A stretch of DNA of 64,000 nt from Candidatus Doudnabacteria bacterium (lineage in GTDB: Bacteria > Patescibacteriota > Doudnabacteria > UBA920). This document shows positions 1-9,837 of the stretch, one piece after another. Numbering within the stretch: the stretch's first letter is position 1; every line of letters starts with the position of its first letter. A program made the position numbers and the translations under genes. The stretch lies in contig CAWINB010000004.1 of NCBI GenBank assembly GCA_963837465.1, positions 266,853 through 330,852 on the forward strand, read 5' to 3'. The notes under the pieces are model-generated. The model saw nothing but the letters and a program-made list of their open reading frames with translations. It searched no databases and was not told where the DNA came from.

Positions 1-1287
1 ATAGAAGGCGGCCGCGAGCTTTTTGGCGGCGTTTCCGTTAACACTTCCAAGAATGCCGCGGTGGCCTTATTGTGCGCCAGCTTGCTTAACCGCGGCAAGA
101 CAATTTTAAAAAATGTGCCAAAAATAGAAGAGGTTTATCGCGTAATAGAGGTATTGGTCAGTATTGGGGTTTCCGTTAAGTGGCAGGGTAATAACGTGGA
201 AATCCAGCCGGGAAAAACAATCAAAATAAATAATATAGATAAAGTAGCGGCCATAAAAACCAGGAGCGTGTTAATGCTGCTCGGGCCGCTTTCTCACTTA
301 CTTAAACAGTTCAGCCTGCCTTTGGCCGGCGGCTGTAAATTGGGAGAGCGGACCGTGCGCCCGCATTTGTTTGGGCTGGAAAAGCTCGGCGTGCGCATTA
401 AAACCCATCACGACCATTACGCCGTAACATCGGCAAAGCTTACAGCTTCCGATGTAGTGCTGTACGAAATGGGCGATACGGTAACAGAAAATGTTTTAAT
501 GGCCGCGGCAAAAATTTCCGGTACCACAACCATCAAGCTGGCATCGGCCAATTATATGGTGCAGGATCTATGCCACTTTTTACAGGTTTTGGGAATAAAA
601 ATAGATGGCATTGGCACTTCCACTTTGGTTATCCATGGCAAGCCTGTTATAAACCACAGAGTGGAATACTATTTGAGCGAAGATCCCATAGAAGCTATGC
701 TGTTTTTGTCGCTGGCTGCCACAACCAACTCATCTGTAATAATAGAAAGATGTCCGGTAGATTTTTTGCAATTGGAACTTTTAAAACTGGAAAAAATGGG
801 CTTTAAATATAAAATTTTAAAAAATTACAAAAGCCATAACGCTATTACCAATTTGGTTGATATAAAAACTTTCCCTTCCAAACTCACCGCGCTGGAAGAA
901 AAAATCCACCCGCTAACCTCCAATGCCGGAATAAATATAGATAACCTGCCGTTTTTTGTGCCTATTGCCACGCAGGCCAAAGGAACAACTTTAATTCACG
1001 ACTGGGTTTACGAAAACCGCGCCATTTATTATATGGAACTTAACAAACTCCGGGCCAATATAATTTTGGCCGATGCCCACCGCGCCTACGTGGAGGGCCC
1101 AACCGAACTAAAAGGCGAAGAAGTCATCTGTCCCCCTGCCCTGCGTCCCGCCGCGATAATTTTGATAGCCATGCTGGCCGCCCGCGGCACCTCCATCCTC
1201 CGCAACGTCTACAGCATAAACCGCGGCTACGAAAACCTGGTCCAGCGATTGCAATCGCTCGGCGCCAAGATAGAAATACTAAGATAG
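1..1287 (+). CDS. murA: UDP-N-acetylglucosamine 1-carboxyvinyltransferase (5' end outside window)
   Basis: Frame open from base 1 (IEGGRELFGGVSVNTSKNAA); SKNA, GGCKLGER active-site loop, INRGYE C-terminal motif. Confidence 0.93.
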   Translation: MEGGRELFGGVSVNTSKNAAVALLCASLLNRGKTILKNVPKIEEVYRVIEVLVSIGVSVKWQGNNVEIQPGKTIKINNIDKVAAIKTRSVLMLLGPLSHLLKQFSLPLAGGCKLGERTVRPHLFGLEKLGVRIKTHHDHYAVTSAKLTASDVVLYEMGDTVTENVLMAAAKISGTTTIKLASANYMVQDLCHFLQVLGIKIDGIGTSTLVIHGKPVINHRVEYYLSEDPIEAMLFLSLAATTNSSVIIERCPVDFLQLELLKLEKMGFKYKILKNYKSHNAITNLVDIKTFPSKLTALEEKIHPLTSNAGINIDNLPFFVPIATQAKGTTLIHDWVYENRAIYYMELNKLRANIILADAHRAYVEGPTELKGEEVICPPALRPAAIILIAMLAARGTSILRNVYSINRGYENLVQRLQSLGAKIEILR

Positions 1288-1290
1288 CTT

Positions 1291-1889
1291 TTAAACTTCG
1301 CTTATAACATCAAAACCTTTAAAGCTTCCTGTAATAGCCAGGCCTATAATTTTTCCTTTGCGCAATCCCTTTTTTTCACTTGCCTGGCGGTTTCGTTAAG
1401 GGTTGCGCCGGAGCCGACGGCGTCGTCTATAATAAGGATGTTTTGGTAGCTTCCGGCATCTTCAACAATAATAGTTTTAGCCGCGTTCTCAACTCTGTCC
1501 CCGAGTTTATTCAGGGTTTTTTGGGGAATCGCGATGGTATTTTTTATTTTGGTTACAGCTAATGTCCTTATGGGCAGATTAAGGGATTTCTCCAGTTCTT
1601 TCATTAACTGCACTTCGCGTTTAACCGTAGGCGGCACAAACAACACGCCGTCGATTTTGTATTTTTTTGCCAAAGACAGAACTCGCGGCCTTATATCCTT
1701 TATTAGGCTCTTAATAAGGTTTTTGTTTTGGCTTTGCTTGGCGTACAACAGTATTTGGCCGAGCTTGGTCTTGCCAAAACGTTCTATGCTGTAAAAATCC
1801 AAATAAAATAGTTTATCCAAAAATATTTTCGGGAATGTTTGTTTCATTTTATCCATTCCGTCAATCAGGGGCCTGTTGCCAAATGTCAT
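1291..1889 (-). pseudogene. ComF-like phosphoribosyltransferase, apparently N-truncated and frameshifted near the C-terminus
   Basis: PRPP-binding motif ILIIDDAVGSGATL; an expected tail (KGKIIGLAITGSFKGFDVISEV*) continues in another frame after the A7 run at ~1370. Confidence 0.65.
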
Positions 1890-2109
1890 TTTGGTTAAAA
1901 ATTCATAATTTTGGTCATTCGACCAAAAAAATTTATCAGCTTAACTAAAAGTTAAACGTCAAAATTTGTTTTGACCGACTGCCTCAAAATTCTTAATTTT
2001 TACCTCAAAAGCCCATTTGGCAACAGGCCCATCAGAAGTTTTCATAGTAACCAATATTATAACACAAAAAGTTCCTAGTACACTAGGAACTAGGAACTTT
2101 TATATGACA

Positions 2110-2853
2110 TTATGTTATCTCCACGCTTTTTGCCCCCCTCCATGAAAGCTCGTAAGCCTGGCGCATAGCATCGGCAATGGCTTTGCTTTCTATAACAATG
2201 GCCATTTTTTCCGCAAAATTCATAAAGGCCAGTTTATTGTTGTAGATGTTAACTTCTATGCCGGTGGTCATCAATTCAGGCGGGACCGCGATGGTTTCCG
2301 AAAGTTCTTGCTTATCATGATGCTTGTTTTTACGTATCCAAATAGATCCTGCCGGAGCTATCCTTCTGGCACGCATATTCAGTTTGACCCGCTGGTTAAT
2401 ATAATCGCCGCTGTAACCGGGCAGGTCTTTAAAATAATCGTCGGTCAGCCACATCAAAATTTCATTGGGCTTTTCCCGCAAAGTATCTTCAAAAACATTT
2501 TTAATTCCCTCAATGCTTTCGTAAAAAGTAACTTTGGGCCTAACCTCATTTTTATTATATATAGCTTCCAATTCGGGCATGGAATTTCTTATGCCTTGTT
2601 CCATTTCTTTAACCAAGAGCAATAACCTTTGCGGTGGTTCGGGCACAAACCTGGTCTTGCCTTTTATTTTAGTTTTTCCCACCACACCGCGGCTAATAAG
2701 ATAGCTTAAAACCGAGTAAGCCGTGGTTCGTTTAACTTTGGCTGTTTCGGCAATGGTCTGGGCACTGGATATTCCACATTCCAGAGCGGCCAGGTAAATC
2801 TTGATTTCGTTTTCCGAGAAACCTAATTTTTTAAGTAATTGATAAGTTTTCAT
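2110..2853 (-). CDS. TrmB-family transcriptional regulator
   Basis: LKKLGFSENEIKIYLAALE...KRTTAYSVL wHTH and C-terminal EVNIYNNKLAFM; ATG at 2853 preferred. Confidence 0.88.
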   Translation of the reverse strand: MKTYQLLKKLGFSENEIKIYLAALECGISSAQTIAETAKVKRTTAYSVLSYLISRGVVGKTKIKGKTRFVPEPPQRLLLLVKEMEQGIRNSMPELEAIYNKNEVRPKVTFYESIEGIKNVFEDTLREKPNEILMWLTDDYFKDLPGYSGDYINQRVKLNMRARRIAPAGSIWIRKNKHHDKQELSETIAVPPELMTTGIEVNIYNNKLAFMNFAEKMAIVIESKAIADAMRQAYELSWRGAKSVEIT

Positions 2854-3015
2854 ATATAATGTCGAATAATTCGTCATTATTATAGTATAAAAAAGGCTCA
2901 ATTGTAAAGAGCTTTTAATACCTAAGACGATTTTTTAGTCAATTATGACTAAAATCATTGACAAAATTAGTAATTTTGTGGTAATTTAATATGTCTTTTA
3001 GTTAATATTAAGCTT

Positions 3016-3948
3016 GTGATTATGAATTGGACATTAGAAATCGACCCCTTATTTCAAACCGCGGGTCTAAAAACTAAGGGCACGGTCTTAATGAACGAGA
3101 ACACTTATGACTTTGACCCTAAAAATCCAAAGGACAGTTGGCTGTATCCGGTATTTTTAGGCCTTCGGGAATTAAAGAGGCAGGGTTTTACAGCTGAAAG
3201 CTTCGCGACCATTGGCACAGGATCGGGCATAGACTCCATTGGGGCGTATGAACTTTTTAGTCCAAAAGAAATTTATCAGGTAGATATACATCCCAATATA
3301 CCTGACATAGCGGACAAAAATGCCAAAGCCTTAATTCGAGGCAGGACAAAAATTAAAACATTTTTAGGTGATTTGTGCCAGCCGTTGATAAAAAGGGGTA
3401 TTAAGGTGGATTTAGCTTACGCCAACATTCCGAATATCCCGTCTCAAGAGTCCGTATTTTATAAAAAGGTCGCGGCTTCCAAGTTTATGGTCCGTGATTA
3501 CGAAGACTGTCCGGAGGTTTTTAAAAAATGGTGCTTGTCTTTGCAGTACCTGTTTTTAAAACAGGCCAAACAAATTCTTAAGCCAGGCGGCGTAGTCGTT
3601 AATGCCGTTGGCGCCCGAGTTCCGTATGAAATTCTAGAGCAGCTTTATGGCAGCTTGGGATATAAAACCAGCGAACTTACCAGCTTATACAAAATCCAAA
3701 GCGAACCGGAAGATACCTTGGCAGGATACGCCAAAGATGAAGTTGACGGGGTTGAGTTTGACTTTTACGATCACGAATTGGCTCAGCCATTTTGGCAAAA
3801 AAATTTGGAAAATAAAAACTTAAACACTCCCCGTCTAAAAGAGGCTTTAAAGCCTTTTAGGATTAGCGCCACCCAAGCCCTGTCGATTTTTGAAAATAAA
3901 GGCAAACAAGCAGGACATATTTGCGGTATTTTTAAATCAGTTCTCTAG
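3016..3948 (+). CDS. Class I SAM-dependent methyltransferase, methionine S-methyltransferase (MmtN/MMT)-like
   Basis: Motif I IGTGSGID, VDIH, GDL, YANIPNIP, LKPGG. Confidence 0.75.
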   Translation: MIMNWTLEIDPLFQTAGLKTKGTVLMNENTYDFDPKNPKDSWLYPVFLGLRELKRQGFTAESFATIGTGSGIDSIGAYELFSPKEIYQVDIHPNIPDIADKNAKALIRGRTKIKTFLGDLCQPLIKRGIKVDLAYANIPNIPSQESVFYKKVAASKFMVRDYEDCPEVFKKWCLSLQYLFLKQAKQILKPGGVVVNAVGARVPYEILEQLYGSLGYKTSELTSLYKIQSEPEDTLAGYAKDEVDGVEFDFYDHELAQPFWQKNLENKNLNTPRLKEALKPFRISATQALSIFENKGKQAGHICGIFKSVL

Positions 3949-3952
3949 GTTT

Positions 3953-4858
3953 ATGCTTAAAAACATTTTACAAGCTATTGGCAATACTCCCTTAGTCCAA
4001 GTTGGTTTTGATACACCAGCCCGGGTCTTCGCTAAACTGGAATATCTAAACCCCGGCGGCAGTATTAAAGACAGATCAGCCTTATATATGGTTGAGGAGG
4101 CAGAAAAATCCGGTTTGCTAAAACCCGGGGGTACCATTATTGAGGCTTCGTCCGGAAATCAGGCTATTGCTCTGGCCATGATTGGAGCCATAAAAAAATA
4201 TAAAGTCATAATTACAGCGCCGGAAATAATTAGCCAAGAAAAACTCGCAGCTATTAAAGCTTACGGCGCGGAGGTTGTAATATGCCCAACATCAAGCTTT
4301 AGAGACCCAAAAAGTTACCATAGTTTGGCCGATAAAATTTTGGCCCAAACACCAAACAGCTTTATGCCTGACCAATATAGAAACATAAAAAACCAGGAAA
4401 CTCATTATAAGTTCACAGGGCCTGAAATTTGGGAACAAACCAAACACAAAGTCACTCATTTTTTTGCCGCGGCCGGTACCGGCGGTACGGTTAGCGGTGT
4501 TGGTAAATTTTTAAAAGAGCAAAATCCGGGTATAAAAATATTGGCTGTGGATGCGGCCGCGTCTTTTCACGCAACCAAAGGCAATCCAAAGCCTTATGCC
4601 ATAGAAAGTATGGGCATAGATTATGACTCGCCTCTTTTAAGCAACAATATTGTAGATGAATTCCTTACAGTTACGGATGAGCAAGCCTTTGATATGCTTA
4701 GAACCATGTCCCATGATTATGGATTTTTAATTGGTACCAGCAGCGGAGCAGCGGCCTTTGCTGCTGCTGAATACGCAAAAAAGTTGAACGGCGACGATTT
4801 GGCCGTTATAATTTTTGGCGATTCCGGACGGGCGTATCTTTCGAAAAATTATTATTAA
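3953..4858 (+). CDS. PLP-dependent cysteine synthase / cystathionine beta-synthase family protein
   Basis: IGNTPLV, KLEYLNPGGSIKDR (PLP lysine), EASSGN, GTGGT, DSGRAYLSK. Confidence 0.92.
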   Translation: MLKNILQAIGNTPLVQVGFDTPARVFAKLEYLNPGGSIKDRSALYMVEEAEKSGLLKPGGTIIEASSGNQAIALAMIGAIKKYKVIITAPEIISQEKLAAIKAYGAEVVICPTSSFRDPKSYHSLADKILAQTPNSFMPDQYRNIKNQETHYKFTGPEIWEQTKHKVTHFFAAAGTGGTVSGVGKFLKEQNPGIKILAVDAAASFHATKGNPKPYAIESMGIDYDSPLLSNNIVDEFLTVTDEQAFDMLRTMSHDYGFLIGTSSGAAAFAAAEYAKKLNGDDLAVIIFGDSGRAYLSKNYY

Positions 4859-4966
4859 TACTGGTTTATATACCCAATAATCATCTATAAAAAAGCTTGG
4901 CCTTAATGGGCCACGCTTTTTTAACATCACGGGAAATTTTAATTTTGTGATACAATTAAAGCAGTT

Positions 4967-5797
4967 ATGAAAAATCAACAACCCCACCACATCCACCACT
5001 ACCATCGCCATATGAGCATTAGTTATCCCGTGTCTTTGAGGCAGAGGGTTTATACGTTGCTGGTTGTGCCGGTGGTTTTGCTGGTGGCGGCTTTTTTTGT
5101 AATTTCCAGGCTGGGCGGGCACGCGGCGGCGCAGATTGCGGGTATTGGCTGGGGGTTTGTGCTTTCGGCGCTGGCTGTAACTTTTGTGCGGTTGCTTTTG
5201 GCTTATGTTTTAGCCTTGGCCCTGGCGATCCCGCTGGCTTTGCTGATTGAATATAATCCGCATGCGGAAAAAATATTTTTACCGCTGTTTGACGTAATGC
5301 AGTCCGTGCCTGTGCTGGCATTTTTCCCGGTGGTGATTATCTTTTTCGTCCACTATAATTTGTACAATTCCGCCGCGGTGTTTATTTTGCTTATTACAAT
5401 GATGTGGAGCATAATTTTTAGCGTGGTAGGCGGTTTGCGGGTTGTGCCGCAGGACATAAAAGACGCCGGCCGAGTTTTTCATATCCAGGGGTTTGATTAT
5501 TGGAAAAAAGTTTTGCTGCCCGCTGTTTTTCCTTACATTGTCACCGGCTCGCTGTTGGCCTGGGCCGGCGGCTGGAACATAATCATTGTGGCCGAAGTTT
5601 TACACACCTATATTCCCGGCGGCTCCAGCGCCCAGGATTTGTTCGGCATCGGTAGCTTGCTGGTCGCGGCCTCCGCCGGCGGCCAGCAGCGGGTATTTTT
5701 TATGACCCTGCTGGTTTTGGTGATTTTTGTGGCTCTGTTAAATTTATTCGTCTGGCAGAGACTGCTAAAGTACGCGGAGAAATTTAAGTTTGAGTAA
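4967..5797 (+). CDS. ABC transporter permease (nitrate/sulfonate/bicarbonate type)
   Basis: Multiple TM segments, DVMQSVPVLAFFP, EAA-like loop. Confidence 0.88.
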   Translation: MKNQQPHHIHHYHRHMSISYPVSLRQRVYTLLVVPVVLLVAAFFVISRLGGHAAAQIAGIGWGFVLSALAVTFVRLLLAYVLALALAIPLALLIEYNPHAEKIFLPLFDVMQSVPVLAFFPVVIIFFVHYNLYNSAAVFILLITMMWSIIFSVVGGLRVVPQDIKDAGRVFHIQGFDYWKKVLLPAVFPYIVTGSLLAWAGGWNIIIVAEVLHTYIPGGSSAQDLFGIGSLLVAASAGGQQRVFFMTLLVLVIFVALLNLFVWQRLLKYAEKFKFE

Positions 5798-5991
5798 CTA
5801 TAATTTTAACCACGCTTGCGTGGTGAATATATAGCATGAATCCGCCGAAACCTGTTTAGTTTATCAGATGGTTTGCTTCGCGGCAAGATTTGGAAAATGG
5901 AAAACGGATAATATTAGGGCGAAGGCGGAGAGTAACCGTGGTCTGTAGCGCGCCGATTTATCGGCTGTATTATTTAAAGACAACTGTAAAT

Positions 5992-6708
5992 ATGGAAAAT
6001 CTACAACCAATAATATCTTTTACCAACGTCGGAAAAATTTACCCCGGCGGGAGCGTGGGTTTAAAGGATGTCAGTTTTAGCGTCAATCCCGAAGAGTTTT
6101 TTGTGCTGGTCGGGCCTTCGGGCTGCGGCAAGTCCACTATACTTAAAATTATCGCGGGGCTTGAAAAGTCCACCCAGGGAACAGTAAAAAAACCGGACGA
6201 TGTTTCCATGGTTTTTCAAAGCGGCGCGCTTTTTCCCTGGCTGGATGTTTACGAAAATGTGGCTTTGGGACTGCGCGCCAAAAACGAAAGCCAAAGGAAA
6301 ACAGAACAGCAATGCGAAAAATATATTGCCATGACCGGCCTTACGGAATTTGTAAAAAAATACCCGCGCGACCTCTCCGGCGGACAGAAACAGCGTGTGG
6401 GCATTGCCCGCGCCCTGGCGGTTGAGCCAAAAGTCTTGCTGCTCGATGAGCCGTTCTCGGCTTTGGACACAGCCACTACGGAAGAACTGCACAGGGATCT
6501 TATTAAAATCTGGCAGGCCACCAAAAAAACCATTGTTATGGTTTCCCATTCCATAGAAGAAGCCGTGGCCCTGGCCGACCGCGTAATGCTTATGAAAGCC
6601 GGCAGTATTGAACAAACCTTCCAAATAAAACTCCCCTACCCCCGCCGCGAAAAAGAAACCGAATTTATGCACGAAGTCCAAACCATCCGGAAAAAGTTTT
6701 TTGAATAA
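5992..6708 (+). CDS. ABC transporter ATP-binding protein (NitT/TauT family)
   Basis: GPSGCGKST, LSGGQKQR, LLLDEPFSALD. Confidence 0.93.
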   Translation: MENLQPIISFTNVGKIYPGGSVGLKDVSFSVNPEEFFVLVGPSGCGKSTILKIIAGLEKSTQGTVKKPDDVSMVFQSGALFPWLDVYENVALGLRAKNESQRKTEQQCEKYIAMTGLTEFVKKYPRDLSGGQKQRVGIARALAVEPKVLLLDEPFSALDTATTEELHRDLIKIWQATKKTIVMVSHSIEEAVALADRVMLMKAGSIEQTFQIKLPYPRREKETEFMHEVQTIRKKFFE

Positions 6709-6755
6709 ATCTTTCCCAGTGCTTATTCGTGCGAATAAGCACTGTATCAAACTAT

Positions 6756-6790
6756 AATAAAATAAGCTCTGTAAAGGAGCTTATTTTATT
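6756..6790. terminator. Bidirectional intrinsic terminator-like hairpin
   Basis: AATAAAATAAGCTC-loop-GAGCTTATTTTATT between convergent genes. Confidence 0.6.
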
Positions 6791-6947
6791 AATGTAAGGT
6801 CGTTGTTTAAAATTATAGGCTGCATGGCCTGAAGTTCGGCCGTATAAGATAATTCGGGCAAAGGATTTAAGCAGTAGAGCTTTTTGTTTAAGACATGGGC
6901 AAAGCCCATTTCTAAAAAAGTATGTAGCCGCAAATTATGATTTTCAT
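6781..6947 (-). pseudogene. Internally deleted/frameshifted remnant of a small hypothetical protein
   Basis: Protein-like pieces MKIIICG / FLEMGFAHVL / LNPLPELSYTAELQAMQPIILNNDLTLIK* in shifting frames. Confidence 0.4.
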
Positions 6948-6995
6948 ATGCCATTTATTATTTTTTTAATCTCTCTGTAGGATTGATCAAGGCTT

Positions 6996-7280
6996 TTAAA
7001 TAAACTCAATACGCAATCCCAGCCTGAACGCCCTGGCGATTTTTTGTAAAGTATCGGTGGTAAAATTTTGCTTACCGGCTTCCAGTCTCGCTATATTGCT
7101 TTGGGTGGTGCCAAGCTTTTTCGCGAGTTGGGATTGGGATAGCCCTTGTTTTTTACGTAATTGCAGGATTTTGTATGCAATTTGCAATTGCTTGCTAACT
7201 TCACCGTAGTATTTTTTTGCTTCGGGGTTTTTAAGAAGCTTCTCACGGTATAAGTCATAGTTAGTAGGTTTTTTATTCAT
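6996..7280 (-). CDS. XRE-family HTH protein (HigA-like orphan antitoxin/regulator)
   Basis: LRKKQGLSQSQLAKKLGTTQSNIARLEAG. Confidence 0.88.
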   Translation of the reverse strand: MNKKPTNYDLYREKLLKNPEAKKYYGEVSKQLQIAYKILQLRKKQGLSQSQLAKKLGTTQSNIARLEAGKQNFTTDTLQKIARAFRLGLRIEFI

Positions 7281-7334
7281 ACAGTTTAGTATACGGTCGT
7301 TCACCAAATGTCAATCTCGCTTATCCACAAGTTT

Positions 7335-7577
7335 TTATGCCGTCAGCGTTAAAACCTGTTTTCTGTTTCTCGGCCACTTTTTTACTTCCGCTTCCCGTTT
7401 TAAAGCTTTACTCCAGGAACGGAATTTTTCATTATAAACAATTTTTCCGCCGCCGTGGGATATTACGTATTTGGAGCCTTTGCCGGAATTATGCGCCAAC
7501 TCGCGCGATTTTAAATCCCTGGTACTGCCGCAATAAAGCGTGCCATCCTTGCATTTTAAAATATAAAAGTAGAACAT
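7335..7577 (-). CDS. Small GIY-YIG nuclease (UPF0213-like)
   Basis: YFYILKCKDGTLYCGST, HNSGKGSKY, ALKREAEVKK. Confidence 0.88.
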   Translation of the reverse strand: MFYFYILKCKDGTLYCGSTRDLKSRELAHNSGKGSKYVISHGGGKIVYNEKFRSWSKALKREAEVKKWPRNRKQVLTLTA

Positions 7578-7656
7578 TTTTTTGTGGACCATTTCGGCGC
7601 AGGTGAAAAATCTATTTACCTTTGGTAAAAGAGATTTACAAAAATATATTAAATTC

Positions 7657-7965
7657 TCATATAGATGGGCTTGTCTTTGTTTCTGAAAATAATCCTGGTT
7701 GAGGCTTTTCAGCCATCTTAGTCAGGGCATGGTCAATAGCTTTGGTATAGGCTGTCGGTTGAAACCTAAGAGCTATATGCGTTCCTGGGAGCGGATAAAA
7801 ACCGTCCACACTATTTTTTGTAAGCTTATTGTGAATTTTTTCAGTCGGAACTATTTTGCTGTCCACAGAGTGAATGATTGATATTTTGATTCCCTTGGCT
7901 CTTAAATCAGCTATAAGTTTTTCTGCATCGGCCGCGGCTATTGCCTTTACGGCACCGTTCCTAGC
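7657..7965 (-). pseudogene. C-terminal fragment of a hypothetical protein
   Basis: Protein-like reading frame extends upstream of the 69-aa ORF without a credible start. Confidence 0.35.
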
Positions 7966-8040
7966 TTAGGTAATAATTTATACAGCTTTCAAGAAAAAGT
8001 ACACTGGAGAGTGTCTGGGTGATTGGAGGATATACCGGTA

Positions 8041-8757
8041 TTAGCAATTAACATACTTAATGGGAAACTGCGCCCCCTTTGCAAAATATTTATCTACCTT
8101 ACCTGGAATGTATTTGTCCCTTATGTCTTGATTGCCTTTAATAGCACTAAACCGCCAGCGTTCCTTTTCTTTTATATAAGACCAAGCTTGTATTTGATAA
8201 ATTTCCTTAACGAGTCCTCTATAAACTGCAAAAGCAAATTGAGGTTGGATAATATGGCGTTTTGGATTAACTGGCCAATCGCCACGAGTAATATTATATA
8301 AGTCGGCTGAAGACATTTCACGATTATAGGTGCGATTTAAGTTTATTAAGATGCTTGGCTCTTCAATTTCTTTTTCCTGTGCCGAATATTTTTCAATAAC
8401 ATCGTAATCGGTCATTTTCCCACGATCGTCAGATTCGTGACCCATTACCATATTGCCTGGGAGATTTTTAAGACCAACAAAATCAATCAAAGCCGCCTCA
8501 ACTTCAAAGGCTTCTTTTTCTGTTAAGCCGTGTCGTATTATGCTATGCCTAACTTGTTGTCCCGAATTAATAATGTCTAATATAATCTTATGATTGGAGC
8601 TTTTAATAGCCTCCTTCTCTACCTCTCGTGCATGGTTATAAACTCTATTTCCTAAACCTTTGCCAATATAAAAGGCATCGCCACTGTCTGGATTCTCCAA
8701 GCAGTAAACATAATATTTTAATCTTTCAATAACGGATTGTGAGAATTTTTTTGACAT
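8041..8757 (-). CDS. LEM-3-like GIY-YIG domain protein
   Basis: YYVYCLENP...FYIGKGLGNRVYNH, IIRHGLTEKEAFEVEAALID. Confidence 0.85.
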   Translation of the reverse strand: MSKKFSQSVIERLKYYVYCLENPDSGDAFYIGKGLGNRVYNHAREVEKEAIKSSNHKIILDIINSGQQVRHSIIRHGLTEKEAFEVEAALIDFVGLKNLPGNMVMGHESDDRGKMTDYDVIEKYSAQEKEIEEPSILINLNRTYNREMSSADLYNITRGDWPVNPKRHIIQPQFAFAVYRGLVKEIYQIQAWSYIKEKERWRFSAIKGNQDIRDKYIPGKVDKYFAKGAQFPIKYVNC

Positions 8758-8829
8758 ACAAAAAGGGCCACCCCGGGTTGTTTGGAAAAGTGATTTTCAA
8801 GCGATTGCAAATCGTACTAGATTGCAACC

Positions 8830-8903
8830 TGGTGGACCTGGGGGGAATCGGACCCCCGCCTCGGCAATGCGAATGCCGCGTAATACCACTTTACTACAGG
8901 CCC
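8830..8903 (-). tRNA. tRNA-Ala(CGC)
   Basis: GGGCCTG...CAGGTCC-ACCA with G3:U70; anticodon arm CGGCA-TTCGCAT-TGCCG. Confidence 0.93.
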
Positions 8904-8913
8904 ATGTTGGAAT

Positions 8914-8947
8914 TTTCCGCCGGAGGCGGATCCGCCTCCGGCGGAAA
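8914..8947. repeat. 34-bp palindromic element (TCCGCC-GGCGGA family), copy A
   Basis: TTTCCGCCGGAGGCGGA|TCCGCCTCCGGCGGAAA, perfect palindrome; related copies at 12343, 35054, 62626. Confidence 0.9.
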
Positions 8948-9102
8948 GATTTAGGATTTATGATTTGAAGATTTCCGTTTTCGCCAGGAATTCGCAGGAC
9001 AAGCCTTGCGCCATTGAAGATTTAGGATTTGCAAACCACCGCATAATTTTAGCCGATTATGCTAAAGTAGTAAACCCCGCGGCAAATCCGCGCTCGTATT
9101 TT

Positions 9103-9786
9103 CTACAGCTTAACCAGCAAGAGCTGGGCTTCGCCGTTGTTTGGACAGCCATCATTATCTATTCCCTCATTAAATAAGTCCTGTTCAACAGACGGAGACA
9201 GGGTAAAGCCGCTGCCGGATTCTATGCCGAGGTAAATTCCGGCTGGCACGTTACAGCCGTTGCGGGTCGTTACGGTGTCCCAGTAGTTATAATCGTATTC
9301 GCCTCCCCAAGGAGTAGTTAAGGGCCATTGGGCAATATAAGGGCCGTCGCCGTTGCCCGAAACTTGGCTCATCCAGTTGGCTGGAACATATGATGGGTAA
9401 GGGTTGGTGTTGGTGTCGCAGTTTATCCAAACGCCGCAGACGCAGGAAGGCTGGTTGGCTGCAACATTGCAATCCTGGGTGGGATTGGCGGTGTTGTATG
9501 GCAAAGGCTTGGAAAGTCCCGGGTCCCAGCCGCGGTTAACATCGGGCGGATAAAAGCCGTTCTCGTTGTAATACAACTCCAAAGCTATCTGAAGTTGCTT
9601 GATGGTGGCCTGTGCCGTTACATCGCGGGCTTTTTCCCTCTCGTTGGACAGGGCTACAATAATTACGGAAGCCAGCAGCCCGATAATCGCGATAACTACA
9701 AGAAGCTCTATCAGGGTGAATCCTTGTTTTGTATTTTTTGTTTTAAAATTCATCGCAAAACGCCGTTGTTTTTTTATTTCTTCCAT
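9103..9786 (-). CDS. Type IV pilin / GspG-like prepilin
   Basis: KQGFTLIELLVVIAIIGLLA prepilin cleavage/methylation motif; TPWGGEYDY. Confidence 0.9.
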   Translation of the reverse strand: MEEIKKQRRFAMNFKTKNTKQGFTLIELLVVIAIIGLLASVIIVALSNEREKARDVTAQATIKQLQIALELYYNENGFYPPDVNRGWDPGLSKPLPYNTANPTQDCNVAANQPSCVCGVWINCDTNTNPYPSYVPANWMSQVSGNGDGPYIAQWPLTTPWGGEYDYNYWDTVTTRNGCNVPAGIYLGIESGSGFTLSPSVEQDLFNEGIDNDGCPNNGEAQLLLVKL

Positions 9787-9837
9787 GGAAATTTAGCCAT
9801 GGTATTATTATACCTTGTTTTTTGCTAAAATAATTAT

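Noticed and set aside
6061-6750. Long antisense ORFs (e.g. 6061-6750, 33578-34024, 45099-45620, 51652-52140, 54961-55518, 57175-57723)
   Set aside because: Shadows of well-supported genes on the opposite strand, with no independent motifs
8739-8954. ORFs at 8739-8954, 12308-12586, 12330-12539, 18240-18700 and 50654-50914
   Set aside because: They are translations across tRNA genes and palindromic repeats
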